Assembly (NCBI RefSeq): GCF_006345805.1
Contig: NC_043008.1
Span: 64,728,001 to 64,792,000, forward strand
Length of the DNA stretch: 64,000 nt
Source of the DNA: Octopus sinensis
Lineage: Eukaryota
Direction of reading: 5' to 3'
Under the pieces are notes generated by a model. That model worked only from the letters and a program-made list of their open reading frames with translations. It made no database searches and had not been told where the DNA came from. Positions 1-14,819 of this stretch are shown here, piece by piece. Within the stretch, counting starts at the first letter, position 1; the number at the start of each line of letters is the position of its first letter. The position numbers were made by a program, and so were the translations under genes.

Positions 1-255
1 GAGAGATCGCGGGTTAGAATCTCAGACCGGGCGATGTGTGTGTTTATGAGCGAAACGCCTAAGCTCCACACGGCTCTGGCAGAAGGTAATGGCGAAATTC
101 TGCTGATTCTTTCGCCACAACTTTCTCTCACTCTTTCCTCCTGCATCTTGCAGCTCACCAGCGACGGACCGGTGTCCCGTCCAGATGGGGAACCTATATG
201 CCAAGGAAACCGGGAAACCGGCCTTTATGAGCCAGGGATGACTTGAGAAGGAACA
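1..255 (+). mobile_element. tRNA-derived SINE family A, tail type 2; head cut by window edge
   Basis: Body (gagcgaaa..cctaagctccac..ctttcgccacaactttctctcactc) and tail (gtcccgtccag..gaaaccgggaaaccgg) match copies at 26.9 and 49.1 kb. Confidence 0.8.
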
Positions 256-854
256 AACACACGTATGCATAATACATGATGCGGTATTGCACACTTCCCA
301 TATTCTAAATTTCATTAACCTTGCTCACAGTAGTTTCGAACCGACGAGCAAGTGATTGAAAAGCTAACTTCAGAACAACACTGTTATACGGGCACTTATA
401 TAACCTAGAATTATGCAGTGGCTAACTTTCAACAGAAAAGAGTATAGAATGGACGAACGAATACAATAGAATAAAATTTTAACCTGATGACAGACGTCGC
501 CCCTTTGAAGATAATATCTATAAGTGAGGAGCTTTAAATGGGTACAGACATTAATTAGCTATCAATTAATGACATCAACCGATGCTTAATAACTGAGCTA
601 TTTCTATAAATTTCTTCCTTTGAAGATGTAGATTAGTTATCATTAAAACGGAGGTAGATCAGGCAAGAAATCAAAATATTTTAGTATTAAGATTTCACGA
701 ATGAAAGACGAGAACATTATAATTATCTGGTCGAAGAAACTTATAATTCACTTTGGACGAAAAAGTAAAACGGGAGATAGCGTAGCTTTGACAATGAACA
801 ATGCAGATGCTTCATCTTTGTGATAAACCATAATATTCTGATATTAAGATTGTA

Positions 855-858
855 CATG

Positions 859-889
<31 letters not shown>

Positions 890-890
890 A

Positions 891-962
<72 letters not shown>

Positions 963-1038
963 ATTATATATATATAAGTATATATATATATATATATATA
1001 TATACTATATATATATATATATACACATACATATATAC

Positions 1039-1087
<49 letters not shown>

Positions 1088-1110
1088 TATATATATATAT
1101 GAGAGAGAGA
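855..1110. repeat. (TA)n-dominated compound microsatellite
   Basis: Direct reading; one of dozens of similar tracts. Confidence 0.95.
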
Positions 1111-1873
1111 GATAAAAATCCTATTAGGACTAAGTGATGCGTAACTATGTATAGATGTATGTTCTATATATGCTTATATAGAGCTTGTGCTACCTCTACT
1201 GCACATATCCCTTTTAAAAAGAAGTCCACGTTATATATCCTTATATGTCAGAGCATTATGGCTAGGAGTTAGTGTCATAGCTTACAAATTTTATTGTTTC
1301 ATTTTATAGTGTATTCCTATATTTTATGCTATACTGATTGCAAGCTCTATGGAAATGGCACATGTAATAGAGAAAAATAAATATTTTACAGTACTTGTGC
1401 TTTGGCAACGTTTTCATGCTTTTGCATCAATGATTTACCTCCTCTCGTTTAGATATCTATTGGGGTATTTCGTATGTCTTCTATGTGGGTATCTACGTAT
1501 TTAGTTTACTCCGCAGTATTTCGGATCAGTGTTTTTCTACAATACGCAGGGGTAACAAAAGCCGTGTGTCATCTTCTAGAAGGAAACTACGTGGAAATCT
1601 GTCGGAATGCTCGTTCATATTTGTAGGGAATAAATGCAACTCATTGTCCATTTTAATGCCATCATCTACCTACTTAGGTGTTTTTCAAACAATCCACTCG
1701 CTCTGTGGTAAGAACTGTGGCTTAGTCCTAGTTATGTACATAAATTCTAGTCACCAGTTTTGGAAACTTTGACATTAACTATAGACACTGCCCTTCTTTA
1801 CTTGGCTTAACCTTCAAAGAAAACCCCAAAATGTATCTTTTAATATTCTATAATCAATTCAATGGATTACACC

Positions 1874-2104
1874 TATTTCTTTACTACCCACAAGGGGCTA
1901 AACACAGAGGGGACAAACAGGAACAGACAAATGGATTAAGTCGATTACATCGACCCCAGTACGTAACTGGTACTTAATTTATCGACCCCGAAAGGATGAA
2001 AGGCAAAGTCGACCTCGGCGAAATTTGAACTCAGAATGTAGCGGCAGACGAAATGCCATTAAGCATTTTGCCCGGCGCGCTAACGTTTCTGCCAGCTCGC
2101 CACC
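1874..2104 (-). mobile_element. SINE family B (ggcggcgagctggcagaaacgttagc head; gcctttcatcctttcggggtcgat core)
   Basis: Reverse complement of the consensus shared by about 10 copies in the window. Confidence 0.9.
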
Positions 2105-4094
2105 TTCAATTTAAAGAAATGAGGTTATGTTTGCATTCGTCGTTGCATTATTCCGCTGATTAGTATTTTGTTTAGATCTATGACTGTATCTTATATGTTC
2201 CTTTTAAAAATATACCATATCTTCGTATATGTGCTCGTTTAGGTGTGATATTTGATTTAACAGTCACTGTTGATTGAAGTGTGCAAGCCTGAAGCAATCT
2301 TCTTAATAACATCGCGGAAAAACATACTTGCGTTCATACGTAATATATCTTTCTATGCATGTTTATCGATTTATCGCTTAAACTTCACCCCCACTCATCC
2401 CTGCTATACAAGAATGCACACAAATACACAAGCATACAAACATGCATACATACAAACAATACACCTTGACTGAAAATATTTGATGAAGTAACTGATAGTA
2501 TTCTAGTGTTATATATCGTTATGACATCATTGCAATTTCAATCTTGCAAACGTACGAGTATGCATAAGCTCACACAAATAGGCGTGTGCATATCTGCAGT
2601 AGTCGCATTTACTCAGAAATAATGTCACACATATGCAATGATTAGTATCACTACAAACACAGTCATCCACACGTAAATACAGGCACAGAAACACAAACGC
2701 ACGTATACACACACTCCAAACACCTGCCTGATAATGGGATGTTTTCTCATTTATAAGTTGAAAAGAAAATGAGATAACTGCTATGCGTTAACTCTCAATA
2801 TCTCTTACTAAAAGAAAAAAACTAAGATATCGAAGGTTTTGTACAAACTAATAGATTGTACTACACCTTAAATATGTTGGTTGTAACATTGGACGTGGCA
2901 TTAATGTTTCCGCAACTCGTATCAACTTTATATTACCATCTTTTGAAATATATTCATGTTCTTATTCCTGTTGTTGTGCCTTAGGACTTGGGTTAGACCT
3001 CATCCAGCAGATAGAATATTTTTGAGAGCGTCTGAGGGAAGAAGAAGTTACTTTCGAAGCCTTCCTTATAAGCACTTTTTGATAATTTGGCTCCTTGAAA
3101 ATGCGGAAAACTCTCTAAATATACTTCTTCCCTGATATGTTTATGTCTGATTTGAAGAATATTACTATTCTAATTCTAATAGATCGAAGAACTACGAAGT
3201 CGTTTCACTCATTCTCTTACAGATAAGAGATTAAAATCCGCTGCGCATTCTGTTACATTTAATCTAGGAAACTTGTATATCGAAACTTGTGTGCTAAAAA
3301 TTACACCCAAATCATTCTCAAAGTCACACCTTACTGCCTTACATAATATCTAATCACTTTTTCGTAACATCTGAGCTAATATTCGGAAATAGAATTTATC
3401 ATTAATAGTAGTTGCTTAGTTCTCTGTCATCCAAATTCAGAATACACGTTATGTAACAGGTAATAGCCGTTGCCCTACAGTCTTTTACTTTCAAATAAAA
3501 TGTCAGTAGTATTCCGTTTCATGATTTTAATGTGTATCAGTCAAGTGATATTTGGCTATTATTTGCAGCTCTTTCAGAGACAATTTAGAAGTATCCCTTC
3601 CTCACGAATTATTTCAGGAATAATGAAGTGAAAACAGGAATATATATTTCAAATGTCAGAGCCGTTACAGAGTTGCATAGACCGATTTAAGTTAATAGTT
3701 TCGACACTCTACTCGCTGAGTTCAAATTTTACAAAAGTGAACTTTGATTTTTATCGTTTCGATTCGATAAAAATTAGCGATCCTAGGCAATTCCTTGGCG
3801 GAATTGTTAAAGAAGGATGGGATGTCATGCAGCCCCTGCTAGAAGGCTGGTGCCAAGCTGTACATTCCTTCGCCTTGAAATTGTGGGATAGAGAACAGGA
3901 GCTTGGATGCAAAAACCAATTGCTAGCTTTCAACAAAATATCTAGACCTATCTCTGTACGTGTTGATGCATGACCCAATCTAGTCGACGGAGGACCAGAC
4001 TTAATGGGAATTTGTAAAATTGTGGAGAAACGGATAAACAAATATAATTAGGAGAGCTACATTCAAAACACAGATTAATATACTAAGCAATCAA

Positions 4095-4650
4095 GGCGGA
4101 GAGCTGGCAGAAACGTTAGCACACCAGGCGAAATGCTTAGCAGGATTTCGTCTGCCGTTACGTTCTGAGTTCAAATTCCCCCGAGGTCAGCTTTGCCTTT
4201 CCTCCTTTCGGGGTCGATTAAATAAGTACCTGTTACGCGCTGGGATCGATATAATTCACTTAAACCCGTTTCTCTGTCCTTGTTTGTCCCCTCTGTGTTT
4301 AGCCCCTTGTGGGTAGTAAAGAAATAGGTATTTCGTCTGCCGCTGCGTTCTAAGTTCAAATTCTGCCGAGGTCAACTTTGCCTTTCATCCTTTCGGTGTC
4401 GATTAAATAAGTACCAGTTAGGCATTGGGGTCGATATAATCGACTTAATCCGTTTGTCTGTCCTTGCTTGTTCTCTCTGTGTTTAGCCCCTTGTGGGTAG
4501 TAAAGAAATAGGTATTTCGTGACTTTACGTTCTCAGTTTAAATCCCGCCGATGTCGACCTGGCCTTTCATCCTTTGGGACTCGATAAATTAAGTACCAGT
4601 TGTGTACTGGGGTTGAAAATTTTCGAGCCTTGTGCCCAGAGGAGATAAGT
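4095..4650 (+). mobile_element. SINE family B composite (three head-to-tail units) with TSD
   Basis: Units restart at ggtatttcg; flanked by atatactaagcaatcaagg (4078-4096) and atataccaagcaatcaagg (4651-4669). Confidence 0.88.
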
Positions 4651-5148
4651 ATATACCAAGCAATCAAGGTATTGTCTCTTGCGCTACTAGTACTAAACTA
4701 CACTCTTTTGAAATTCAGAGGAATATGTGAGGGTCTATATCTAAAGGAATGGTAGCAGAGAATCTTGAATTGCTAGTTGGATGTCTATTTTTTGGTAGGC
4801 ATATGGAGTAGACAAAGGTCCTTGAAAAACGTCCATGAGCAACTAGAATTAAGCGCATTGTTCACTACTTTACTGCATGGCAGCATCTTCTATGTTGCTA
4901 TGCAATAAATTTGCTTGGAATGTCTTCCACATATTGTGCTTTTGAGACTATAGGATAACTAAAAATCTTCCTTCTCAGCAGGCAACGCTGGTGGATTCGT
5001 CCTTTGAGACACCGATGAACCGAATATAAAATAGAATGTACTGGGTTACATGTCAGCAGTAGCGTTCTCATGCAAACAAGCAAAATGTTGGATATACATG
5101 TGTTTGTGTGTGTGTATATATATATATATGTGTCTATATATATATGTA

Positions 5149-5244
<96 letters not shown>

Positions 5245-6037
5245 GTGTATATGTATGTATTTATATGTATGTATATATATGTATACATAGATATGTGTGT
5301 GTGTTTATGAGTGTCTATGTATGTATAAGCAGACAGGGAGATAGATATATATTATCTTATATCATATATATTATATTTTATTATTATGTTATATATGTGT
5401 GTGTGTGGCGGGGTGCGTGTTTGTGTGGGTATACATATATTACTGATATTACTAGTGTCTGTACACCATACATACACGTGCATTTATATGTGTGAGCGTA
5501 TGTGTGCTTGAGCGTATGTATGCACGTTCGGTTGTGTGTGTGCGTGTGTGTGTTGTTTGTGTGTCTATGTGTCTGTGCCTGTGTGTTTCTCTGTGTGTGT
5601 CTGTATGTGTGGTTGCACGTAAACACTTTCATTTGACGCACGCAATCTTATAATAACTGATATTTATAAATCCCCATCATGATTATGTTTTCTGATGTAA
5701 AATTATATCACAGATTTCTCTGACGGCGAATGACGTATTTATTATCTCAGATCTATTCATTATTTATAGCACGATGGAAGAGCACGTAATCTTGCTAACA
5801 TCGATACTGATCAGATCCAACTAAATCGAATTCCCGATTTGTATTGCTAAATATTGCTGCCCAAGTCTCTTTCCGGCTCAAACTACACTAAACTTGGAGC
5901 AGGAGCAATTATTTCTCTTTCTATCTGCCTGCTTTTCTGATTCACTCTCCCTTACTCATTCTCTGTCTCTCTCTCTCGATCTGTCCTTATATATATATAT
6001 ACATATGACAAATTTATAAAACTAGAATATATAAATA

Positions 6038-6069
<32 letters not shown>

Positions 6070-6078
6070 TATATATAT

Positions 6079-6115
<37 letters not shown>

Positions 6116-6132
6116 CGTATATATACACACTG

Positions 6133-6200
<68 letters not shown>

Positions 6201-6606
6201 TGTGTGCGTGTGTGTGTTTATTTATACATATATTATTAGCGATAAGAATATGGAGATATATACATTTGAAAAGACGAGCCAAATAAATCAATTTCTCCTT
6301 TTCTTTATATATATATATATATTATATATATATATATATTTATGAATGTATGTATGCATGTATGTGTGAGTGTGTGTATTTGTATTTATTTGTATGTATC
6401 TTTGTGCGCATGTGCATGCTTATAGCTAAAGGTATGAGTGGTGTCACGTATATTTGTATATACGCATGTGTGTGTATATACTGTGAATACATGCACCCAT
6501 ATATTCTGCATATAACTATCTATTTGTCTGTCTGCCTGACTGCCTCTTTGTCCCTGTCTCTATCTGTATATCTATATTTATCTAGCAATCTATCTATCTA
6601 TCTCTT

Positions 6607-6654
<48 letters not shown>

Positions 6655-6727
6655 AAGAGGGAGAGATAGATTGATATATATTTATATATATATATATATA
6701 CATATAGAGATAGAAAGAGCGACAGAC

Positions 6728-6799
<72 letters not shown>

Positions 6800-6981
6800 T
6801 GAAAGAAAGATAGATAGATATAGAATTATGCAGAATATATGTGTGCATGTATTCACAATATATATACAAACTCATGCGTACATATAACCACTCATACATT
6901 TAGCTATAGGTATACACACTCGCACAAAGACACATACACACAAATACACCCACATATATTTATATATGTGCATGTATAACG

Positions 6982-7090
6982 TCAACATTTTCTATCCATA
7001 TCTTCAAAACAGCGAATCGTGCTCAACAACTCTTTTCGTTCGTTAACCTTGTATGTTACCCCAAACATTGCTAACTTTCGTGAAACCTCT
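6982..7090 (-). CDS. Candidate terminal coding exon (EVSRKLAMFGVTYKVNERKELLSTIRCFEDMDRKC*)
   Basis: caaatag acceptor, phase 2, matches the donor phase of exon 7961-8169; weak pyrimidine tract. Confidence 0.4.
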
Positions 7091-7623
7091 CTATTTGATA
7101 ATCACTTCACAAGCATATCACGGCTGATAAGATCCGAATCAAATATAAACTGCAAACGTGATTTCATTAAGAAAGATTCATGCAGCCGTATTCGAAAATA
7201 TCTTGTAACTCTGTCGTCGCCATGAATACGATAACAGGAAATAGATGTCTTGAAAAGGCTTATGCACCAGTAACAAATAATAAACTATAAATTGCTAAAA
7301 CATTTGCGCAAAAATGAGGAATTAAGAAAATCCCACCTTCAAAGTCTTACGCTTTACATTTTTTGTACGTATGCATTTATGCATGTATGCATGTATGTAT
7401 GTATTTATGTATGTATGTGTATATTTATGTATAAATATAGATATACATATATATATATATATATGTATGTAGAGAGACAGAATGTCAGAGAGAGATATAC
7501 ATAATATAAACTTACATTGTAAGATAATTAGCCACACATATGTATATGTCTATACCTATTAATGTGTATATATATATATAATATATATATATATATATAG
7601 TATATATATATATATATATATAT

Positions 7624-7677
<54 letters not shown>

Positions 7678-7818
7678 GTACATATATATATATGCATATA
7701 TGTGTATATAAACACACATTGGAGTAATTGTTTTTATACAATTTTTCTGTAGATCTAATGGAATACTCGAAACATTTGGTAGAGTACAAGTTTATTATTC
7801 TTTAACAAGTAAAATGGT

Positions 7819-7853
<35 letters not shown>

Positions 7854-7960
7854 TATATATATATAATATATATATACACACACATCAGATGAGATTTACA
7901 GATTTTCAGTATAGAAGACATTTATTAGCGTTGAAATGATACAAACTCCGATGACTTTAC

Positions 7961-8169
7961 AGGGTATCAGTTCCATGCGGTGCGGAATGGCAATAAAACG
8001 AATCAAGTCGAGCAAATATGGATTCCACTTTTGCACTGATATCTGAAGTTATGTAACTTGATGAAGGAGGCTCAATTAATCCAATGTCAATTGCTTCCAT
8101 TATGGTTTGCCTATTGCGATGAACTACGTCTACCAACATTATGATGGATCTTCGAGCTTCCAGAAACAG
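7961..8169 (-). CDS. Candidate coding exon (LFLEARRSIIMLVDVVHRNRQTIMEAIDIGLIEPPSSSY...HGTDTL)
   Basis: ccaacag acceptor, CCCT|gtaaag donor, 209 nt phase 0 to 2, non-repetitive. Could be terminal instead: TAA at 7957-7959, AATAAA at 7921-7926. Confidence 0.62.
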
Positions 8170-8351
8170 CTGTTGGATTTATAATACCTTATTCATCCTC
8201 TTTAATTTCCTAGTACTCTGTCTAAGTTAGGTGTATTAATATATATATCTATATATTTATACTCAAATAGTCTCCATTCTTTCCTATCTCTCGTTTTGCA
8301 TGCATTCATATATACTTACCTAGTATTTCATAACCAAGCATTTATATTTTA

Positions 8352-8730
8352 ACTAGCAGTATCGCCCGGCGTTGCTCGGGTTTGTAAGGGAAATAACTAT
8401 AAAGAAATCTTAAAGAGTTATAGCAAAAAAATGCATTTGAAATGGAAAAAATATGATGGTAATTTTTTAAAAATCGTTGACTCATCGTAGACATTTTTAG
8501 AGAGTTACTTCCCTTATATTTAAAAAATATTCATTAAAATGGAAAAAAATTAGGATAAATTATTTTTAAAATCGTAGACTCATCGTAGACGCGCGCTAAT
8601 ACCCAGAATGGCTCGATACGAATCACAACTATAAGATACCCGGTTTTGGTTAAACTGCACCGCAAAATGTGGGAGTAGTTAGGAATCTAAATCGGAGTAG
8701 ACGGACACACAACTTCACTTTTATATATGA
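8352..8730 (+). mobile_element. Non-autonomous Helitron-like element
   Basis: Starts actagcagtatcgcccggcgttgctcgggtttgtaagggaaataactata; same 5' end at 51.9 kb; no TIR or TSD; class inferred from the end motif. Confidence 0.6.
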
Positions 8731-8748
8731 AAATATATTGAATTCGTT

Positions 8749-9180
8749 AAGCGGTGAGCTGACAGAATCGTTAGCACGTCGGGCGAAATGCTTAGCGGTA
8801 TTTCGCTGCCGTTACGTTCTGAGTTGAAATTCCTCCGAGGTCGACTTTGCCTTTCATCCTTTCGGGGTCGATTAAATAAGTACCAATTACGCACTGGGGT
8901 TGATATAATCGACTTAATCCATTTGTCTATCCTTTTCTGTTCCCTTTATGTTTAGCTCCTTTTGGGCAATAAACAAATAAGAAATGTTAGCACACCTGGC
9001 GAAATGCTTAGCGGTCTTTCGTTTGTCTTTACGTTCTCAGTTCAAATCCCGCCGAGGTCGAGTTTGCCTTTCATTCTTTCGGGATCGATAAATTAAGTAC
9101 CAGCTGCGTACCGAGGTCGATCTAATCGACTGCCCCCCCCTCCCCAAAAATTTGGGGCCTTGTGCCTAGAGTAGAAAAGA
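8749..9180 (+). mobile_element. SINE family B dimer with two different tails
   Basis: Unit 1 ends ..gggcaataaacaaata; unit 2 ends ..ggccttgtgcctagagtagaaaaga. Confidence 0.85.
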
Positions 9181-9284
9181 ATATATTTCATTTGTTTATC
9201 TGCATTATTGCCCCTCTTTATCCCTCTCCATTTCTCTCTCTCTTTCTCTTTCTCTCTTTCTCTCACTCACTCACTCTCTCTATA

Positions 9285-9321
<37 letters not shown>

Positions 9322-9355
9322 GTCTCTCTCTATATATTTATATATATATGTGTGT

Positions 9356-9387
<32 letters not shown>

Positions 9388-9951
9388 TTGTGTATATCTA
9401 TATATACATATGTGTATTTATGCGCGTTTATATATATGTATTATATGCCTGGTCTGTGTCTTGTTGTAGCTACACTCTCATAAAAAATGGGAAATAGCCC
9501 TGAGTATATGATACAAGGGTCTTATACAATAACACGCACATGACCACATGAAGGAGACGTGTTTACAGTATGTTGTCCACGAGATATTCTTCATTTAAAT
9601 TCTTTTCTGAATCAGAGAAGAAAAGCAGAAACCTAGCGCACATTAACTGTGCCTCGGCATGATATGGGGAGATAATTTCAAGGTATCAAAAATAACTTGA
9701 TGGTTGAAAACAACAACCATGTGTCCTTTGATCTGCCAGCGAGCGATATACTAACTCATAATACTAAACGAAACCTATGTCCACGTATAGATACATAGGC
9801 TGATTAAGTATATCTCCTTGAATATATAAAAGGAAAGATTGACTTGTAATAGATATTTGCAATTAGTGTGAAATCTTATACTTTTATTAAATTTTTTATC
9901 TTCTGATTTATAATTTTCCTCTTATTTTAAACAGTCATTAGTTACTATTAA

Positions 9952-10243
9952 TGTGTTTATTGAGCGAAAACACCTAAAAGCTCCACGATGCTCCGGCAGG
10001 GGATGGTGGTGATCCCTGCTGTACTCTTTCAACACAACTTTCTCTCACTCTTAATTCCTGTTTCTGTTGTACCTGTATTTCAAGGGGCCGGCCTTGTCAC
10101 TCTCTGTGGCACGCTGAATATCCCCGAGAACTACGTTAAGGGTACACGTGTCTGTGGAGTGCTCAGCCACTTACACAAGCAGGCTGTTCCGTTGATTCGG
10201 ATCAACCGGAACCCTCATCGTCGTAACCGACGGAGTGCTTCCA
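9952..10243 (+). mobile_element. SINE family A, tail type 1, 5'-truncated
   Basis: Near-identical to 17940-18240. Confidence 0.88.
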
Positions 10244-10649
10244 CTATTAGTGTGCCATTTGTCAATGATACATTTCAACGTGGTTTTATAATTATTTTTC
10301 ATAATATACCTTGGAGAAACATATTTAAAATCATTGCTAGTGACATTAGTAAATTAAACACTATACACATATATTACTATTGTGTGTATATGTGTATGTG
10401 TGTGTAATTATTTATATCATACATATTTGTCTTTAAGGAAACGAAAAACAATTTAGTATATAATCTTATTTAGGAATTTATGTGCATTTAGAATAAACAT
10501 TTATTAATTTCCTGTATTTATAGTTCAATGACCCAAACATTTTCTACATTCCTCTATGGTGTTCGTAAATATTTTTTAGCCTACAGAAATATAAAAAAAA
10601 TACTCAGATAACATTAGGCAGCAACAAAAAAATGATTTATTGTCTGCTA

Positions 10650-12030
10650 CCCAGACAAATGGTGCTGAACTAAACTAAATCAAGTACGCTGATTCCGAAT
10701 CTGAACTCAGAATTGCAGTATCCCGTAAGGAGTTTGAGATATGCGCATAGTTATACATAGATACAGTATTAGAATCAGGAATAGTTAAGTTCACGGTAAA
10801 TAATTATTATAATAGTATAATAGTACTAAATATAGTAAATTTATGTTCAAGGCAAACAATATTATAATATATTGGTAAATAGTATATTTATGTTAAGGGA
10901 ATATGTTAAGGGAATTCAGCAGTAGTCCTCCATCATGTGTCGATTCAATCCGTCTTGACTCGTCGTTTTTCATCACGGATATGTCCTGGTGGAACCTCAC
11001 AACATGCTCATAATTAAGGACACCAAGATTCGTTGGAAAAGCATCGAGATGTGAATTGAAGAAATGCATTCGGCATCCCATTCTTTCATACGCTATTGGT
11101 ATGTTGCTTATTGAATCAGCATAGTTTTCAACTCTGATTTCCAGGAAAGTTCTGTACAACTAAGAAGAAAACGAATCCCATGCCGTCAGCTCAACTGGAT
11201 TCAGTTTACCTTTGAATTTGCTATCAGATATCAATTCTCTAATCTCGGGTCCACTGAAAACGTTTGCTTTCAGTTTCGCGTTACTTTTCTCTACACCAAA
11301 TTTTACATTTACGTACAGGAAGCTTCAGACATCGTGTATCAATGCCTTTACGAGATTTTTCATGAAGCCGAGTTTCATGTGAAGGTGTGGAGGAAAGTTT
11401 GAAATCTCTACTTAGATTTGATGACCAGATCTTATGCATGTCAAATCTAAGTAGAGACTTCAAACTTGAAATATTCAAAGCCACAGTCGAACCAATTCAA
11501 CTATATGGCTCAGAAACCTGGACGTTATCAAAGAAGCTTGAGAGGCGGTTGGATGGAACCTACACTCGCCTCCTTATGAGAGCTCAAAATCTCTCGTGGA
11601 AGCACCATCCAACCAAAATGCAAATATATGGGAAACTACCACCTGTGTCATCTCTTGTGAAAGGTAGGAGAGTCCAGTTTGCTGGACATTGTTGTAGAGC
11701 TGAAAAAGAAGTAATTTCTACTCTTCTCCTCTGGAAGCCATCTACTCGCAATACCAGAGGGCGCACACTCTCCTACCCTGATGTAATCTCCAGGGATACA
11801 GGCATCCAGCAACAGGACCTCCGTAATGCCATGATGGACCGTGAAGTCTGGCGTAGCATGGTAAATTCCATTGTCTCGACCACGGTCGAACAATGATGAT
11901 GAATGATGTGGAGGAAAGATCTTTTGCGGGTGTACCAGTGGCATATGCCGCACATTGTGCCGACCAACTATGCTTTCATCTCTTTAGGCCAGTCTTTTAG
12001 AGTGTAATGATTTCTATTTCACAGAAACTG
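10650..12030 (-). mobile_element. Degenerate DNA transposon, CMC (Chapaev-3-like) transposase relic, interrupted by an RTE LINE
   Basis: Minus-strand pieces read HYTLKDWPKR..HPQKIF(L)PP|LHMKLGFMKNLVKAL..NAKLKANVFSGPEIRELI..ELTAWDSF..AYERMGCRMHFFNSHLDAFPTNLG..RFHQDISVM; several frameshifts; ends approximate. Confidence 0.75.
11398..11906 (+). mobile_element. 5'-truncated RTE-clade LINE with (TGA)n tail and 12-bp TSD
   Basis: Open frame with YGSETWTL..RRVQFAGHCCR..RGR, typical of the RTE ORF C-terminus; TSD tgtggaggaaag at 11386-11397 and 11907-11918. Confidence 0.9.
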
Positions 12031-12059
12031 AAAAAAGACTGTCGTACATATTTGTATAT

Positions 12060-12230
12060 TTGTGTGTATGTGTGTGTCTGTGTTTGTACCCCAACCATTG
12101 CTTGACAACCGATGTTGCTGTGCTTAATTTCTCATAATTTAGCGGTTCGGCAAAATACACTTATAGAAGAAGTTACTAGATTTAGAAAAAATAAATCCTG
12201 TGATCGATTATAATGTGGGATAATACTTTC
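12060..12230 (+). mobile_element. SINE family C 3' fragment
   Basis: cattgcttgacaaccgatg..ttagcggttcggcaaaa matches full C copies. Confidence 0.65.
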
Positions 12231-12357
12231 AGTTTTAATAGTTTCTCTACAAATACTGAAACTATTAAAAGTGAAACCACTATCACACTCACATATATAC
12301 ATGTATGCATATGGATATATATATATATTAAATTTATATATGCATGTTATGTATACG

Positions 12358-13591
12358 CACATGTTCGAAACCATCCTCAAGAAAAGTATGATGCTCCACC
12401 TCCAAAACACAGCCTCTATCTCTGATTCCCAACACGGCTTCGTGCCGAAGAGATCATGCTTGACCAACTTACTGGTAATGGAAGAATTGGTGACGCGCAT
12501 CCTCGATGATAGTGATGCTATTGACATCGTTTTATTGGACTTTGCCAAAGCTTTTGACTCGGTAAACCACCGCCTATTACTTGTCAAGCTTCAAGCATAT
12601 AGTTTCCATCCGGATATTGTACGATGGGTTGGTGCCTTCCTCTCAGATCGCTCCTTCCAAGTCCAAGTTAATGGTTCGCGGTCCGACGTCTCCAGTGCGA
12701 GCAGTGGCGTGCCCCAAGGTCCAGTGCTTGGGCCCTTATTGTTCTTAGTCTTCATAAATGACTTGCCCGACGACCTCACGCAACACACCCTTTTATTTGC
12801 CGACGATGTCAAACTGGTCACTCCTCGCGGTGATATAGAGGATCTTCGTCGATGCCTCCACCAAATTTGGATATGGTCTAACGAATGGGACCTGTGTCTG
12901 ACGTGTCAAAGTGCTCTCATCTGCCTGTTGGCTCTCCTCCTTTTCGCCTTCGGCCCAGTGCGTCCATGCTGCCAACAAAGCACGCGGAGTTCTGTTCTTG
13001 ATTCGACGGTCATTCGGAATGCTCACAGCAGCCATATTCCTACCGCTCTATGTCACGCTGGTGAGACCCATATTGGAGTACGGGATTCAGGCCTCTTCTC
13101 CTTATCTCCTCAAAGACATACAGCATCTCGAAAGAGTCCAGAAGCTGGCTACCCGCATGGTTCTTGGTCTCAAGAATTTGTCTTATGAAGAAAGGCTGAA
13201 GACGCTCGACCTTTATTCTCTAGAAAAACGACGACGCCGTGGTGATCTCATTCTTGCTCACAACATCATAATCGGAAAGTGTAACCTCTCGAAAGAGCTG
13301 TTCTTCACTCCTGCTCCAGAGCGTTGGCTTCGGGGTCATTCCGAAAAGCTCTATCTGCGACGATTTCATCTCAATCGAAGGAGAGGAGCTTTCTCCGTCC
13401 GGTTTGCGGATCCGTGGAATAAGCTGCCAGACGAGATGGTGAAGATGCCGACGACCGCTCGGTTCAAAGTCTCCCTTGACCACAAGTGGCCTGAACTCTT
13501 TACCTGAACACCACCCTATACATAACTCCATGTCCCCCTACATGGCCTTGCTTTTTGCTTTTTGAGCCAAAGAATTAACTAACTAACTAAC
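12358..13591 (+). mobile_element. 5'-truncated CR1-clade LINE (RT and C-terminus), frameshifted, (TAAC)n tail
   Basis: QHGF..SCLTNL, LDFAKAFD, GVPQG..LGPLLF, FADD RT motifs; C-terminal LERVQKLATRM..RRRRGDLI; 3' UTR shared with the 53.0 kb copy. Confidence 0.93.
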
Positions 13592-14262
<671 letters not shown>

Positions 14263-14819
14263 ATTTAGAATTTTTTTCAGAATGAGATAGAAATCCAGGC
14301 TGTGAATATTTTCGAACATTTATAAATAGGTCTTACAGCTGTTTCCCGTATATTCGTTATATCCCTTCATCGGAGACGGTGTGAGAAAATGGTTAAGGAA
14401 TAGTTAATTTAGATAAGATAAAGAGTGAAGTGGATGAATGAAAATAAATGTGAGATTTTCAGGGATATTGCATTTGTACATCCAACATTTACGCAAAATG
14501 GTATACATATAAGATTCCTATACCTTGTGAGTAACTTCCAATATTTTTTTTAAATTGGTCATTGTAAATTCCAATAGTATTTAAAATTGTCCATTCTAAG
14601 TACAGAGTTTGTACACAGTATTTTTGAATCGAGGGTTTTATTTAAATAATATTAAATAAGATTATATATATACATAATATATATTTTTACATTCAGGCAA
14701 TTATTTGCTTTTTTTTAGGTTAGAAGCCATAAACTTACAACGATTAAATTATGGATAAATAAAAAAACACCCCTGCACAGTTATAGGATGCCAGACTGCA
14801 GTACTCTCCATTTGATGCC

